A DNA stretch of 64,000 bases from an uncultured Candidatus Entotheonella sp. (GTDB lineage: Bacteria > Tectomicrobia > Entotheonellia > Entotheonellales > Entotheonellaceae), in NCBI GenBank assembly GCA_965217185.1, contig OZ244252.1, positions 352,001 through 416,000 on the forward strand, given 5' to 3'. The notes beneath the pieces are model-generated. The model did not search any database. It was not told where the DNA came from and was given only the letters and a program-made list of their open reading frames with translations. The position numbers and the translations under genes were made by a program. Shown here piece by piece: positions 46,985 to 57,264 of the stretch (its first letter is position 1; each line of letters opens with the position of its first letter).

Positions 46985-48031
46985 CTACGGCTCCTGATGA
47001 ATCTGCACCTTGATCGAGCCGGTGGTTTTGTCGTAGGCGGTGTCGAATCCCTGCTGAATCTCGTCCAACGAAAACCTATGCGTGACCATGGGTTGCAGGG
47101 TCGTCCTGCCGGAGTCCAGCATGTCGATAGCCAGTTCGTAGTCGTGCTGGCCGTTCAGGATGCCGTAGCACGATGAGAAGAGGATGGATTGCTCCTTGAG
47201 GAGAGGCGGCAGCCAATCCAGGGTAATGGGCCGCCGGAAGCCGCCCAGAACGACTATCCGCCCTTGCATGCGGGTCACGTCGATGGCCTGCTCCAGGGTA
47301 TCGCCGTTCCTGCCGCCGACGGTTTCGAGGGTCAGGTCGGCGCCGCGTCCGTTGGTCACCGACTCGACAGCTTCCTTGAGGGCCGCACCCTCCGGCGGCA
47401 GAATCTCATCGGCGCCGAGGCGCTTCGCCAACTCTCCCTGCTGGGCGTGGCGGGCGGTAACCAAAATCCTGCCGGCACCCAATGCGCGGGCGGCCGCGAC
47501 CGTGGTCAGGCCGATGTTGCCGGCCCCTAGCACCACCACGGTTTCGCCGCCTTGCATCTGGCCGCGGCGGACGCCGTGCACCGACACGGCGAGCGGTTCG
47601 ACCAGGGCGCCTTCTTCCCATGACATGCCGTCGCGCAGCGGGTAGCAGCCGATGGCGCGGCGTTTCATGTACTCGGCAAATCCGCCGCCCTCGTTTTCCG
47701 CCTTGTTGAGGCATTGGCGGAACTGCCCCTGCCGGCAATACCAGCACTGCGAGCACGCCAGCCCGTGCCCGATGGTTTCGACTGCCACCCGTTGTCCGAG
47801 CAGGCCGCTTGCTACCCGGTTGCCGACTTCGACGATTTCGCCCGCGACTTCGTGACCAAAGGGGATGGCGTCGGGCTCGGTTTTGTCGGCGTTCATGAGC
47901 AGGTCGGAGCCGCAGATGCCGGTGGAGCGGACGCGAACGACGACGTCCTCGGGGCCGGGTTCGGGGGCGGCGATATCGGCCAGCATCATGGCGTTGTCGC
48001 CGTCGAAGAAAGCGGCTTTCATCTTGGGCAT
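46985..48031 (-). CDS. Zn-dependent alcohol dehydrogenase (MDR family)
   Basis: GICGSD, GHE, CSQCWYC...C, GAGNIG; start at MPKMK (48031). Confidence 0.92.
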   Translation of the reverse strand: MPKMKAAFFDGDNAMMLADIAAPEPGPEDVVVRVRSTGICGSDLLMNADKTEPDAIPFGHEVAGEIVEVGNRVASGLLGQRVAVETIGHGLACSQCWYCRQGQFRQCLNKAENEGGGFAEYMKRRAIGCYPLRDGMSWEEGALVEPLAVSVHGVRRGQMQGGETVVVLGAGNIGLTTVAAARALGAGRILVTARHAQQGELAKRLGADEILPPEGAALKEAVESVTNGRGADLTLETVGGRNGDTLEQAIDVTRMQGRIVVLGGFRRPITLDWLPPLLKEQSILFSSCYGILNGQHDYELAIDMLDSGRTTLQPMVTHRFSLDEIQQGFDTAYDKTTGSIKVQIHQEP

Positions 48032-48224
48032 GGGTATTCCTTCCGTGGCTTGGGTGGCAATGGCGTGGCACTTCAGGCAGGTGGTGTCAGGAGGGCTCAC
48101 CATACGCGCTTCCCGCCGGGTTTGCAAGCGGTGGCCCGGCTTGTTGCGCTGGGCCGCCTTTGCCATAATAGGCCGCGCGGTAAGGCGGAATCATTGGCCA
48201 CATGAACCACAAAGGAGACGCGAC

Positions 48225-49184
48225 ATGGCGACGCTGTTGGGAAACGGCGATTATCAGTACGAGGTTGACGTAGCCTGGGGCAAGCTGCCCGACGGGTGGT
48301 CCTACAAGGAGGCGGCGGCGGTCGGCGTGGACGCCAACGACAATGTCTACGTGTTCAGCCGGGGCGACCATCCCATGATCGTCTTCGACCGTCACGGCAA
48401 TTTTCTGCGGTCCTGGGGCGAGGACCTGTTCGCGCGCGCCCACGGTGTCACCATGGGGCCCGACGAGTCGATTTACTGCACCGACGACGGCGACCATACG
48501 GTTCGCAAGTGCACCTACGACGGCAAGGTACTGCTGGAACTCGGCGTACCGGGCAAGGCGGCTGCGATGCACAGCGGCAAGCCGTTCAACCGTTGCACCC
48601 ACATTGCCCTGTGCCCGGACACCGGCGCCATCTACGTGGCCGACGGCTACGGAAACTCGTGCGTGCACAAGTACGACCCCAACGGCAAGCTGCTCTTCTC
48701 GTGGGGCGAGGCGGGCACCGACCCCGGCCAGTTCAACATCGTGCACAACATCTGCACGGATAAAGAGGGCTACGTGTACGTTGCCGACCGCGAGAATCAC
48801 CGCGTGCAGGTGTTCGACCGCAACGGCAAGTTCGAGACGGCGTGGAGCAACGTGCACCGCCCCTGCGGCCTGTTCATGGACAGCGGCGACGCAGAATTGT
48901 GCTACATCGGCGAACTGGGCTCGGGCATGGCGGTGAACGCCACGCATCCGAATCTCGGTCCGCGCATTGCCATCCACAACCGCAAGGGCGAGGTCCTCGC
49001 GCGGCTGGGCGACGACACCAAGGGTGCCGGCGAAGGGCCGGCCCAGTTTTTGGCGCCGCACGGGGTGACGGTTGATTCGCACGGCGACATCTACGTCGCG
49101 GAGGTGTCCTGGACCAGTATCGGTCAGCATCAGAACCCGCCGCGCGAGATGCAGACGCTGCGCAAGCTGATCAAACGTTCATAG
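48225..49184 (+). CDS. NHL-repeat beta-propeller (paralog of 14187-15128)
   Basis: YVADGYGNS, GQFNIVHNI, YVADRENHRVQVF; AAGGAG RBS before ATG 48225. Confidence 0.88.
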   Translation: MATLLGNGDYQYEVDVAWGKLPDGWSYKEAAAVGVDANDNVYVFSRGDHPMIVFDRHGNFLRSWGEDLFARAHGVTMGPDESIYCTDDGDHTVRKCTYDGKVLLELGVPGKAAAMHSGKPFNRCTHIALCPDTGAIYVADGYGNSCVHKYDPNGKLLFSWGEAGTDPGQFNIVHNICTDKEGYVYVADRENHRVQVFDRNGKFETAWSNVHRPCGLFMDSGDAELCYIGELGSGMAVNATHPNLGPRIAIHNRKGEVLARLGDDTKGAGEGPAQFLAPHGVTVDSHGDIYVAEVSWTSIGQHQNPPREMQTLRKLIKRS

Positions 49185-49213
49185 CATCGGATTCGGATAA
49201 GGAGACAGCGGAA

Positions 49214-50041
49214 ATGCCCCTGGATGCTCGAGTACAGGACCACATCGCGGTGGTGGCGAGCCAGACGGCCCTGATGGCGCAGGCGTACGGCGAGTGGTCC
49301 GCGGCGGATTGGCAGCGCCACACCTTTTGCTCCGGCTGGACGGCGGCGGACGCGGTGGCGCATCTGGTGACCGGGGCCGACTTCTACACGCAGGTCATCA
49401 AGTCCGGCCGTACCGGCAAGCCCGGTAAGCCGTGGGGCGTTACGAATGTCGAGGAGTTTCGCGTCGCGCGCGGAGATGCCGGCAAGAAGCTGATAGCGGC
49501 CGGTCCGGCGGCCGTGTTGCAGGCGTTTTCGGACAGCGCCGCGGCACTGCAAAACGTATTGGAGTCGCTGCAAGACCGGGAACTGTCGGAGTTGGCTTGG
49601 CATCCGCGCGGACTGGTGCCGATAGATGGCTGGATCGGCATGCGGCTCATCGAACTGGGCATTCACGATTGGGACATTCGTCAGCCGCACGAGCCCGATG
49701 CTGGACTGTCGTCCACTGTTGTGCCGGCGCTGCTGGCGGTCCTGCCGGACATGCAGACGCAGTTTCTCACCCAACGCGCTGGTGACGACCTTACCGGAAC
49801 GTATGGCTTCCAGGCTGGCGGCGCGTCGTGGGGAATTCGCTTGCATGAGGGTGCGGCATCCTACCTGCCCGAGGCGCCGTCCGACTGCGATGCCTGCCTG
49901 CATACAGATGCCGAAAGCATGATCCTGCTCACCATGGGCCGCGCCGACCTGGAGGCAAAACGGGCCAACGGCGCCCTGACCGTGACCGGCGATGCCGACA
50001 AGGGTCAGCAGCTTTGCGCCACTCTGTTCCGGGCGTTCTAG
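49214..50041 (+). CDS. Maleylpyruvate isomerase-like (DinB superfamily) protein with C-terminal SCP2-like domain
   Basis: TFCSGWTAADAVAHL, ELGIHDWDI, LTVTGD. Confidence 0.8.
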   Translation: MPLDARVQDHIAVVASQTALMAQAYGEWSAADWQRHTFCSGWTAADAVAHLVTGADFYTQVIKSGRTGKPGKPWGVTNVEEFRVARGDAGKKLIAAGPAAVLQAFSDSAAALQNVLESLQDRELSELAWHPRGLVPIDGWIGMRLIELGIHDWDIRQPHEPDAGLSSTVVPALLAVLPDMQTQFLTQRAGDDLTGTYGFQAGGASWGIRLHEGAASYLPEAPSDCDACLHTDAESMILLTMGRADLEAKRANGALTVTGDADKGQQLCATLFRAF

Positions 50042-50149
50042 CATTTCGGTTACTCCAGTGTGTACCGGAACTCAGAAAGGGGTCGGCTTTCGCCGAAATA
50101 ACGCTCCGCGGCTGATCGTGCGGCGCATTAAATCGACAAAGGATCAGAC

Positions 50150-51822
50150 ATGATACGCAGGATCATTGGATTCGTTTCGGACATCCTGGCCCGTGGCCGC
50201 GCAGCCCCACCAAGAAGTTATCCAATAATCTCTCGTCCAGCCGGTTTTCTCCCGGCCGCGGCCGCTCCAGATTGTGGGGATACGGCCGAGTTCTTTCAGG
50301 AGGCTATGGTCGCCGATGTTATCCCTAGTATAGAGGCAGGCGTGGATAGCAACGCCCAGGACGAGTACGACCAGACTCTGGACACGGCGGCGTTCAACGA
50401 GGATCCTGCCGTCATTGAGAGCCTGCTCGCCGCAGGCGCGGACCCCAATGCTCAGGATGAGTACGGCCGCACCCCTCTGCACAGGGCGGCGCAGTACACC
50501 AAGAACCCTGCTGTAATCAGGGTCCTACTCGACGCTGGCGCGAACCCGAGCGAGAAAGATGCCAGTGGTAAATTTCCTTGGGACTACGCCAGGGATCGGG
50601 ATGAACTCAAAGGCCACGAGGCATACCAGCGCCTGGACGATGGGCGGTTCTACCTGCACAGGATGGCGGCGTTCAAAGGGAATTCTGAGGTCATTGAAGC
50701 CCTGCTGGCTTCTGGCACGGACCCGAATTTCCGGGACAAGCGTGGCCGGACCCCCTTGCACAGAGCCGCGCGGCTCAACGAGAACGCTGCCGTCATCAAG
50801 ACCCTGCTTGTTGCTGGCGCGGATATCAACCCCGGGACGAGAATGGCGAGACTCCCCTGCACAGGGCAGCATGGCGTAACAAGAATCCTGCCGTCATCAA
50901 GGCATTGCTTGCCGCTGGCGCGGACCCCAACGCTCGGGACAAGAACGGCGAGACCCCCTTGCACAGAGCCGCATGGGTCAACGAGAATCCTGCCGTCATC
51001 TGGGCTCTGCTTGCCGCTGGCACGGACCCCAACGCTCGGGACAAGAACGGCGAGACTCCCCTGCACAGGGCCGCGTGTTTTAACGAGAACGCTGCCATCA
51101 TCTGGATACTGCTTGCCGGCGGCGCAGACCCTAGCGCCTGGAACAAGTACGGTTGGACCCCGCTGCACACGGCGACGATGATTAACAAGAATCTTGCCGT
51201 CATCGAGGCCCTGCTCGCCGCTGACGCGGACCCCAACGCCTGGAACAAGCGCGGCGAGACCCCCCTGCACATGGCTGTGAGGTCTAACAGGAACCCTGCC
51301 ATCATCGAAGTTCTGCTCGACGCTGGCGCCGACCCGAGCGCGAAAGATGCCGGCGGTAACTCCCCTTGGGATTACGCCAGGGGTCGGGATGAACTCAAAG
51401 GCCGCGAAGCATACTGGCGCCTGCACGATGGGCGGTTCTACCTGCACTGGACGGCGGGTTCCAACGAGAATCCTGTAGTCATTGAGTCCCTGCTGACAGC
51501 CGGCGCCGACCCCAATGAGCGGGATGAGTTCGGCAGTACCCCCCTACACAGGGCAGCGCGTTTCAACGGAAACCCTGTTGTCATCTGGGTTCTGCTCGCT
51601 GCTGGCGCGGACCCTAACGCCCGGACCAAGTACGGCTCGACCCCGCTGCACAGGGCGGCGCAGTACACCCAGAATTCTGCCGTCATCCAGGCTTTGCTCG
51701 ACGCCGGTGCTGACCCGATCGCGAAAGATGTCTTTGGTAAAATTCCCTGGGATTACGCTAGGGACCGGTACGAACTCCAAGATCACGATGTGTACCGGCG
51801 CCTGAACGGTTGGCGGTTCTAG
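50150..51822 (+). pseudogene. Ankyrin repeat protein with a one-base frameshift at about 50831 (about 557 aa restored)
   Basis: Many ADPNARDKNGETPLHRAA repeats across track ORFs 50150-51181 and 50905-51822; aac-cc-cgg-gac lacks one base compared with other repeats (aac gct cgg gac). Confidence 0.8.
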
Positions 51823-51848
51823 ACCGGTGTTTCCAGAGAAAGAAAAAG

Positions 51849-52331
51849 ATGGCCACCATCAACACGATCGAAGACCTGATCCAGCTGCTGGACGACAATC
51901 CCCACTGGGTTGAGGCCCTGCGTGCCAGGTTGCTGACCCGCGAGTTGATTGAACTACCCGAAAAATTCGCTGCATTTGTCGAGGCTACCAATCAGCGCTT
52001 TGACAGGATCGAAGAGCGGTTGGGCGGGATGGAGGAGAGCTTGGACAGGGGCGATGCCCGCATGGACAGGGTAGAGGGGCGCTTGGACAGGCTTACGGAC
52101 GACGTGGGTATCCTCAAGGGCGCCCATGCCAGAAGTACCGCGCTGCGAGAAGCCGACATGATTGCCGAGGATATGGGGTTTACGCTGGTGCGCGTCCTGT
52201 CCCGCTTTACCGGCAGGCCGGCGCGGGCCGCAGTGGCGGGCGCACGGCTGGACGAGCGCATCCGCGACCGCCTCGAATCGGAAGGTGTGTTCTGGTACGA
52301 GTTGAGCCCGGAAAGCCTGGACGTCGAATAG
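51849..52331 (+). CDS. Hypothetical coiled-coil protein (possibly internally deleted)
   Basis: MATINTIEDLIQLLDDNPHW..., heptad RFDRIEERL/RMDRVEGRL repeats. Confidence 0.65.
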   Translation: MATINTIEDLIQLLDDNPHWVEALRARLLTRELIELPEKFAAFVEATNQRFDRIEERLGGMEESLDRGDARMDRVEGRLDRLTDDVGILKGAHARSTALREADMIAEDMGFTLVRVLSRFTGRPARAAVAGARLDERIRDRLESEGVFWYELSPESLDVE

Positions 52332-52415
52332 CCGTCATCGTTCAAAGGGTTGGAGCGTCCCAAAGCCGCGCAACTCACGTATTCAGAATTTCCTGAGAAC
52401 GCCAAGGAAGCGATT

Positions 52416-53315
52416 TTGCTGGATCATCGGGTGTTGCAAAGCCTATTGGACGCGCATCGTGAAGCCGTCAGCCAGCCGGTTCGGACCTTTGACATCGGCG
52501 GGCGCTCGTTCGACTTCAACCGGTACCGCTATCTGGTAGGGGTGATCAACCTGTCCACCGATTCGTGGTACCGGGAGAGTGTCTGTCCGACCACTGAGGA
52601 AGCCATTGCCCGTGCCGAGCGGTTGCATCAGGATGGCGCGGACATCATCGACGTGGGGGCCGAATCGACCTTGCCAGAGGCGCGGCAGGCCGACGTCGCG
52701 CAGCAACTCGACCGTCTGCTGCCGGTGGTAAAGGCGCTGAAAGCCCGCCGGCTGCTGGTGTCGGTGGAAAGCTATTACCCGGAGGTTCTGGAAGCCTGCG
52801 CCCGCGCCGGGGCCGATATTTTCAACATCACCGGCACCCGCTACGGCGACGACATCTTGCGGCTGGCCGCCGACTACGATACGGCGGTCATCCTGTGCTA
52901 TGTCCAGGGCGACACCGTACGCGACGTGTCGGACTTTCGGTTTCACGACGACATGACGGCCGAAGTCGGCGACTACTTCCGCGCCCTCACCGCCCACGCC
53001 GTCGGCCTCGGCGTCAACAAGTGCTTCATCGATCCGGGGCTGGGCTTCTACTACCGCAACCTGCAGGACAGCCACCTGCGCATCAACTACCAGCTCAACA
53101 CCTTTCTGAACTGCTTCCGCCTGCACACCTTGGGCTACCCGACGTTCAACATCCTGCCGCACGCCCCCGAAATTTTCCTGGAGGACGAGCGCCGCTCCGC
53201 CGAGCCGTTTTTCAGCGTGCTGGCCCTGTTGGGCGGCACCCACGTGATTCGCTCGCACGAAATCCGCACGGTGCATCGGGTTCGTCAGGTGATGGCGTTG
53301 TATCAGCCTGCCTGA
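52416..53315 (+). CDS. Divergent dihydropteroate synthase / pterin-binding protein
   Basis: GVINLSTDS, ADIIDVGAEST, IDPGLGF, VIRSHE; lacks the SRK motif; start uncertain (TTG 52416 or 52350). Confidence 0.75.
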   Translation: MLDHRVLQSLLDAHREAVSQPVRTFDIGGRSFDFNRYRYLVGVINLSTDSWYRESVCPTTEEAIARAERLHQDGADIIDVGAESTLPEARQADVAQQLDRLLPVVKALKARRLLVSVESYYPEVLEACARAGADIFNITGTRYGDDILRLAADYDTAVILCYVQGDTVRDVSDFRFHDDMTAEVGDYFRALTAHAVGLGVNKCFIDPGLGFYYRNLQDSHLRINYQLNTFLNCFRLHTLGYPTFNILPHAPEIFLEDERRSAEPFFSVLALLGGTHVIRSHEIRTVHRVRQVMALYQPA

Positions 53316-53335
53316 GCCTCGTCAGTTTGACGCGA

Positions 53336-53371
53336 TGGAATGTCGGATTCCGCTCCGCTAATCCGACCTAC
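53336..53371 (-). repeat. GTAG-type REP element, copy 2
   Basis: Reverse complement gtaggtcggattagcggagcggaatccgacattcca; 2 mismatches to the copy at 25635. Confidence 0.8.
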
Positions 53372-53374
53372 ATT

Positions 53375-55474
53375 CTATGCTGCTAAGCCAGCGTGCCGGA
53401 GCAGGGCGGCGGTTGTCGGCTCCCGGCCTCGGAACGCCTGGAATATCTCCATCGGTGGGCGGCTGCCGCCCAGCGCCAGGACCGTTTCGCGATACCGACG
53501 GCCAACAGCCGCCACAGTGCGCGGATCGTCCAGACCCGCTTCTTCAAACGCCGCAAAGGCGTCGGCGCTCAAGACCTCGGCCCACTTGTAGCTGTAGTAA
53601 CCGGCCGCGTAGCCGCCGGCGAAGATGTGACCGAAGCTGCACAGGAAACGGTCTTCGGGAAGGGGTGGCAGCACGCTGGTCAGCGGCGCGAGCCGACGTT
53701 GCAGGTCAAAGACGCTTTCCGTGCCGTGCGGGTCGTGGCGATGGTGCAGGGCCAGGTCGATGAGGCCGAAGGAAAGCTGCCGCAGCATGAGGCTGCCGGC
53801 GCGGTAGTGCCGGGCGGCGCAGAGCTTATCGTACAGGTCATCCGGCAGTGGCTCGCCAGTTTCCACGTGGGCGCTCATGCCGAGCAGTGTTTCGCGGTGG
53901 TAGCACCAGTTCTCCATGAACTGGCTTGGCAACTCCACGGCGTCCCAATCCACGTTATTGATGCCCGCTGCCATGCCGTAGTCGATGGCGGTGAGCATGT
54001 GATGCAGGCCGTGTCCGAACTCGTGGAACAGGGTTCGCAGTTCAGTGAACGACATCAGCGAGGGCTGGTCGCCCACGGGCGGCGTCTGGTTGCAGATGAG
54101 GTAGGCCACCGGCAGGCGGACGGACTGCCCCGCCGGCGCCAGGAGGCGGCTGCGGCCCACGCACTCGTCCATCCAGGCGCCGCCGCGTTTTTCGGCGGGG
54201 CGGCTGTAGGGGTCGAGATAGAACGCGGCGATTTCCTGGTCGTGGTCGTCGTAGATGCGGAAGAACCGCACGTCCTCATGCCAAACCGGCGCGTCGCCGT
54301 CCGCCGCCTCGATGCGCACCCCGAACAGGCGCCGGGCGAGGGTGAACAGGCCGTCCAGCACGCACGGCAGGGGAAAATAGGGTCGCAGAACTTCTTCGCT
54401 GAAGTCGTACTCTTGCTCACGCCGGCGCTCGGCCCAGAACGGCAGATCCCAGTGCCGCAGGTCCGCTGCTTCAGGGGCTCCGGCCGCCGCGGCACATTGC
54501 CGCTGATCTTCCAGGTCCTTTTGTGCCGCGGACAGGGAGGCCTGCCGCAGTTCTTCCAGGAAGGTCTCAACCGTCGGCACGTCCGGGGCCATTTTGCTGG
54601 CCAGGCTGAGCTCGGCGAAACTGCCGTACCCCAGCAGGGCGGCCATTTCCTGCCGCAACTGCAGGATGCGGGCGATGAGCGGAGCGTTGTCCAGGTCGCC
54701 ACTGCTGGCGCGGGTGATTGAGGCGCGGTAAAGCTGCTCCCGCAAGTCGCGCCGCCGGCTGTGCGCTATGAAGGGCATGAAGGACGGGTAGTCCAGGGTG
54801 ATGCGCCAGGGGCCGCTCTCCGCCGTGGCGCCCGGCGTTCCCGCCTCGCGGGCGGCTTGGGCCGCGACGTGCAAGAGACTGGTCGGCAGCCCTTCCACGT
54901 CTTGCGGGTCCTCCAAGGTCAGCGCGAAGGCTTTGGTGGCGTCCAGAACGTGGTTGCTGAACTGGGTGCTGAGTTCGGCCAGTTCTTGCTGGATGGCGTT
55001 GAAGCGTTCCTTTTTTTCACCCTGCAGCCCGACGCCGGACAGTTCGGCGTCGCGCAGGAGCACCTCGACGATGCGCTGCTGGGTCGCATCGCAATCTCCC
55101 CAGGCAGCACCGTTCCGCAACCCCTGTAACGCTTGGTAAATGGTTTGGCTCTGCCCCAGCCGCATGAAGAACTGCACGATTTCGGGCTGTATTTCCTCGT
55201 AGGCGCGGCGCAGTTCCTCGCTGTTCTTGACGCCCATCAGGTGCCCCACAACGCCCCAAGTCACCCGCAGACGGTCCCCGAGGCGTTCGAGCGGCTCGAC
55301 CAATCCCGTCCACGTGGGTTGCGCGTGTGCCTCCAGGTTCTGCAATTCGACGTCGAGTTCATTCAGGATCTGTCGCATGGCCGGCGCCACGTGCTCGGCG
55401 CGAATGCAGTCGAAGGCAGGGAAAACGCTGCTTTCCAGGAGTGGGTTTGTGGCCGTGGGTTGGGTTTCATTCAT
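53375..55474 (-). CDS. prlC: Oligopeptidase A (M3 family)
   Basis: KRGGAWM, HEFGH, DAVELPSQFMENW, GGYAAGYYSYKWAEVL; start at MNETQ (55474). Confidence 0.93.
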   Translation of the reverse strand: MNETQPTATNPLLESSVFPAFDCIRAEHVAPAMRQILNELDVELQNLEAHAQPTWTGLVEPLERLGDRLRVTWGVVGHLMGVKNSEELRRAYEEIQPEIVQFFMRLGQSQTIYQALQGLRNGAAWGDCDATQQRIVEVLLRDAELSGVGLQGEKKERFNAIQQELAELSTQFSNHVLDATKAFALTLEDPQDVEGLPTSLLHVAAQAAREAGTPGATAESGPWRITLDYPSFMPFIAHSRRRDLREQLYRASITRASSGDLDNAPLIARILQLRQEMAALLGYGSFAELSLASKMAPDVPTVETFLEELRQASLSAAQKDLEDQRQCAAAAGAPEAADLRHWDLPFWAERRREQEYDFSEEVLRPYFPLPCVLDGLFTLARRLFGVRIEAADGDAPVWHEDVRFFRIYDDHDQEIAAFYLDPYSRPAEKRGGAWMDECVGRSRLLAPAGQSVRLPVAYLICNQTPPVGDQPSLMSFTELRTLFHEFGHGLHHMLTAIDYGMAAGINNVDWDAVELPSQFMENWCYHRETLLGMSAHVETGEPLPDDLYDKLCAARHYRAGSLMLRQLSFGLIDLALHHRHDPHGTESVFDLQRRLAPLTSVLPPLPEDRFLCSFGHIFAGGYAAGYYSYKWAEVLSADAFAAFEEAGLDDPRTVAAVGRRYRETVLALGGSRPPMEIFQAFRGREPTTAALLRHAGLAA

Positions 55475-55511
55475 GTATGAGATTCCTTCATTCGGGTATC
55501 GTGAGGGCTTG

Positions 55512-57095
55512 TCAACTCGCGGGAGAACTCGCCTTGCCCATCCACAGGGCAGGGACGATGCCCAGGGCGGTGATGGTGCCGATGAGCAGAAAGGTGTCGT
55601 GATAGCTGTGTAATGCAGCCTCTGCGCCAACCAGATCATGCAGCACGGCCAGAGACTTCATTTGCGCCGTTTGGTTCAGGTCGCCGAGGTGCTCGAAGGT
55701 GGTTGTCAGGAAGCCCAATAGATTATCGGTGCCGAGCGGTGACAGCATATGATCCTGCGCCAGCAGGGTAGTGCGCTCCGCCACCCGGTTTTGAAATACC
55801 GTGGCCGCCAGCGCCACACTGCCGGTGCTGGCGATGCCGCGATTCAGGCTCAGCAAGCCGGAACCCATTCGCACCTCGGATTCGTTCAGGGCCGACAACG
55901 ACACCGCGGACAGCGGCGCGATGGTAAAGGCCCGCGCAAAGCCCCGCGCCGTCAGCCACAAGGTGATGGTGCCGACGCTGGTCCAGGTCGTGATGGAGGC
56001 ATACTGAACCAGGCAGAAAGCTACTGCGCCGAGGCCGAAAATGATCAGGAATTTCCCCGGTAAAAGGTCGGCAAGACGCCCGGCGCCGACGCTCAGGACA
56101 CCGATGACCACGGCGGACGGCATCATCATCCAGGCCGTTTGCAAAGGCGTGTAATCCAAGTGGATTTGCAGGAACAAGATAACAATAAAGTTGGCGGCCA
56201 TAAAGCTGATGGTGTTGATGAAAACCACAATCGACGCCAAGGAGAAGGCCAGGCTTTTGTAGAGTCGCAGCTCCACGAACGGCTGCTCGTGGAGTATTTC
56301 GGCAATGACGAAACTGGCTCCGGCGATCAACGCTATGCCGAACAGTGTCAAGATGTACTGCGAATCCCAGCCCTCCTCGCTTCCCTGGCTGACGGCTACC
56401 AGTAGCGACACCAGAAAAGCCGCCAGCGTCAGCATGCCCGGAACGTCCAGGGGCCTGACGCTCTGCCGCGGTGCCGCAGGCAGGATGAGATACGCCAGGA
56501 TCAGCCCGACGATGCCCACCGGTACGTTGATGTAGAACACCGCCCGCCAACTGGCGTGCTCGATCAGGTAGCCGCCGAGTACCGGGCCCATCATCGGACC
56601 CAGCGAGAAGCCCAATGAGCTGACGCCCATCGCCAAGCCGCGTTTTTCTTCGGGAAAGGTCTCGAACAGGATGACCTGCGAGGTGGGAAAAAGCAGCCCG
56701 CCGCCCACCGCCTGCACAAGCCGAAACGCAATCAGCGACGATACGTCCCACGCCAGGCCGCTGAGCGCCGAGCCGGTAACGAAAATGCCGAGGGCCAGTA
56801 GATACACCCTGCGGTTGCCCAGCCGCGACCCGATCCAGCCGACGCTCGGCATGATTACCGCCTGCATGATCATGTAGCCGGTTTGCACCCATTGCATCAC
56901 GTCGAGATCGACCCGCAGGCTCGTCATGATTTCTGGGAAGGCGATGTTCACGACCGTCACACTCAGGCCGACGGTGGTAAAGCCCAACATCAGCGCGGCG
57001 GTGATCCACCAATGGTAATGGGGACTGCCTGACCCCAACGCCGGGCGCAGAAGGGAAGGCTGATCGGAATATGCGTAGGAAGGAGTTACAGCCAT
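55512..57095 (-). CDS. DHA2-family MFS efflux transporter (EmrB/QacA-like)
   Basis: 14-TM pattern; FPEEKRGLAMG, GPMMGPVLGG, WRAVFYINVPVG; start uncertain. Confidence 0.9.
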   Translation of the reverse strand: MAVTPSYAYSDQPSLLRPALGSGSPHYHWWITAALMLGFTTVGLSVTVVNIAFPEIMTSLRVDLDVMQWVQTGYMIMQAVIMPSVGWIGSRLGNRRVYLLALGIFVTGSALSGLAWDVSSLIAFRLVQAVGGGLLFPTSQVILFETFPEEKRGLAMGVSSLGFSLGPMMGPVLGGYLIEHASWRAVFYINVPVGIVGLILAYLILPAAPRQSVRPLDVPGMLTLAAFLVSLLVAVSQGSEEGWDSQYILTLFGIALIAGASFVIAEILHEQPFVELRLYKSLAFSLASIVVFINTISFMAANFIVILFLQIHLDYTPLQTAWMMMPSAVVIGVLSVGAGRLADLLPGKFLIIFGLGAVAFCLVQYASITTWTSVGTITLWLTARGFARAFTIAPLSAVSLSALNESEVRMGSGLLSLNRGIASTGSVALAATVFQNRVAERTTLLAQDHMLSPLGTDNLLGFLTTTFEHLGDLNQTAQMKSLAVLHDLVGAEAALHSYHDTFLLIGTITALGIVPALWMGKASSPAS

Positions 57096-57264
57096 GAATA
57101 TGTTGCGGAGCGCCTTTTTGCGCTCCCGTCTCCTCCAGTTGGACCTGCCCCGCAATCGAAGCGGTAGACATCTGATCTCGCTCGTGCGCCGAGGGCGTTA
57201 CCCCCGTTGGTAGGGTATAACATCTTCGGCGCTGATACGTCCTGGTAAAACGTAAGGAGCGGGG

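Noticed and set aside
50880..51300. CRISPR array or other non-coding repeat array
   Set aside because: The roughly 100-bp periodic repeats are coding ankyrin units; there are no short repeats with unique spacers and no cas genes in the window.
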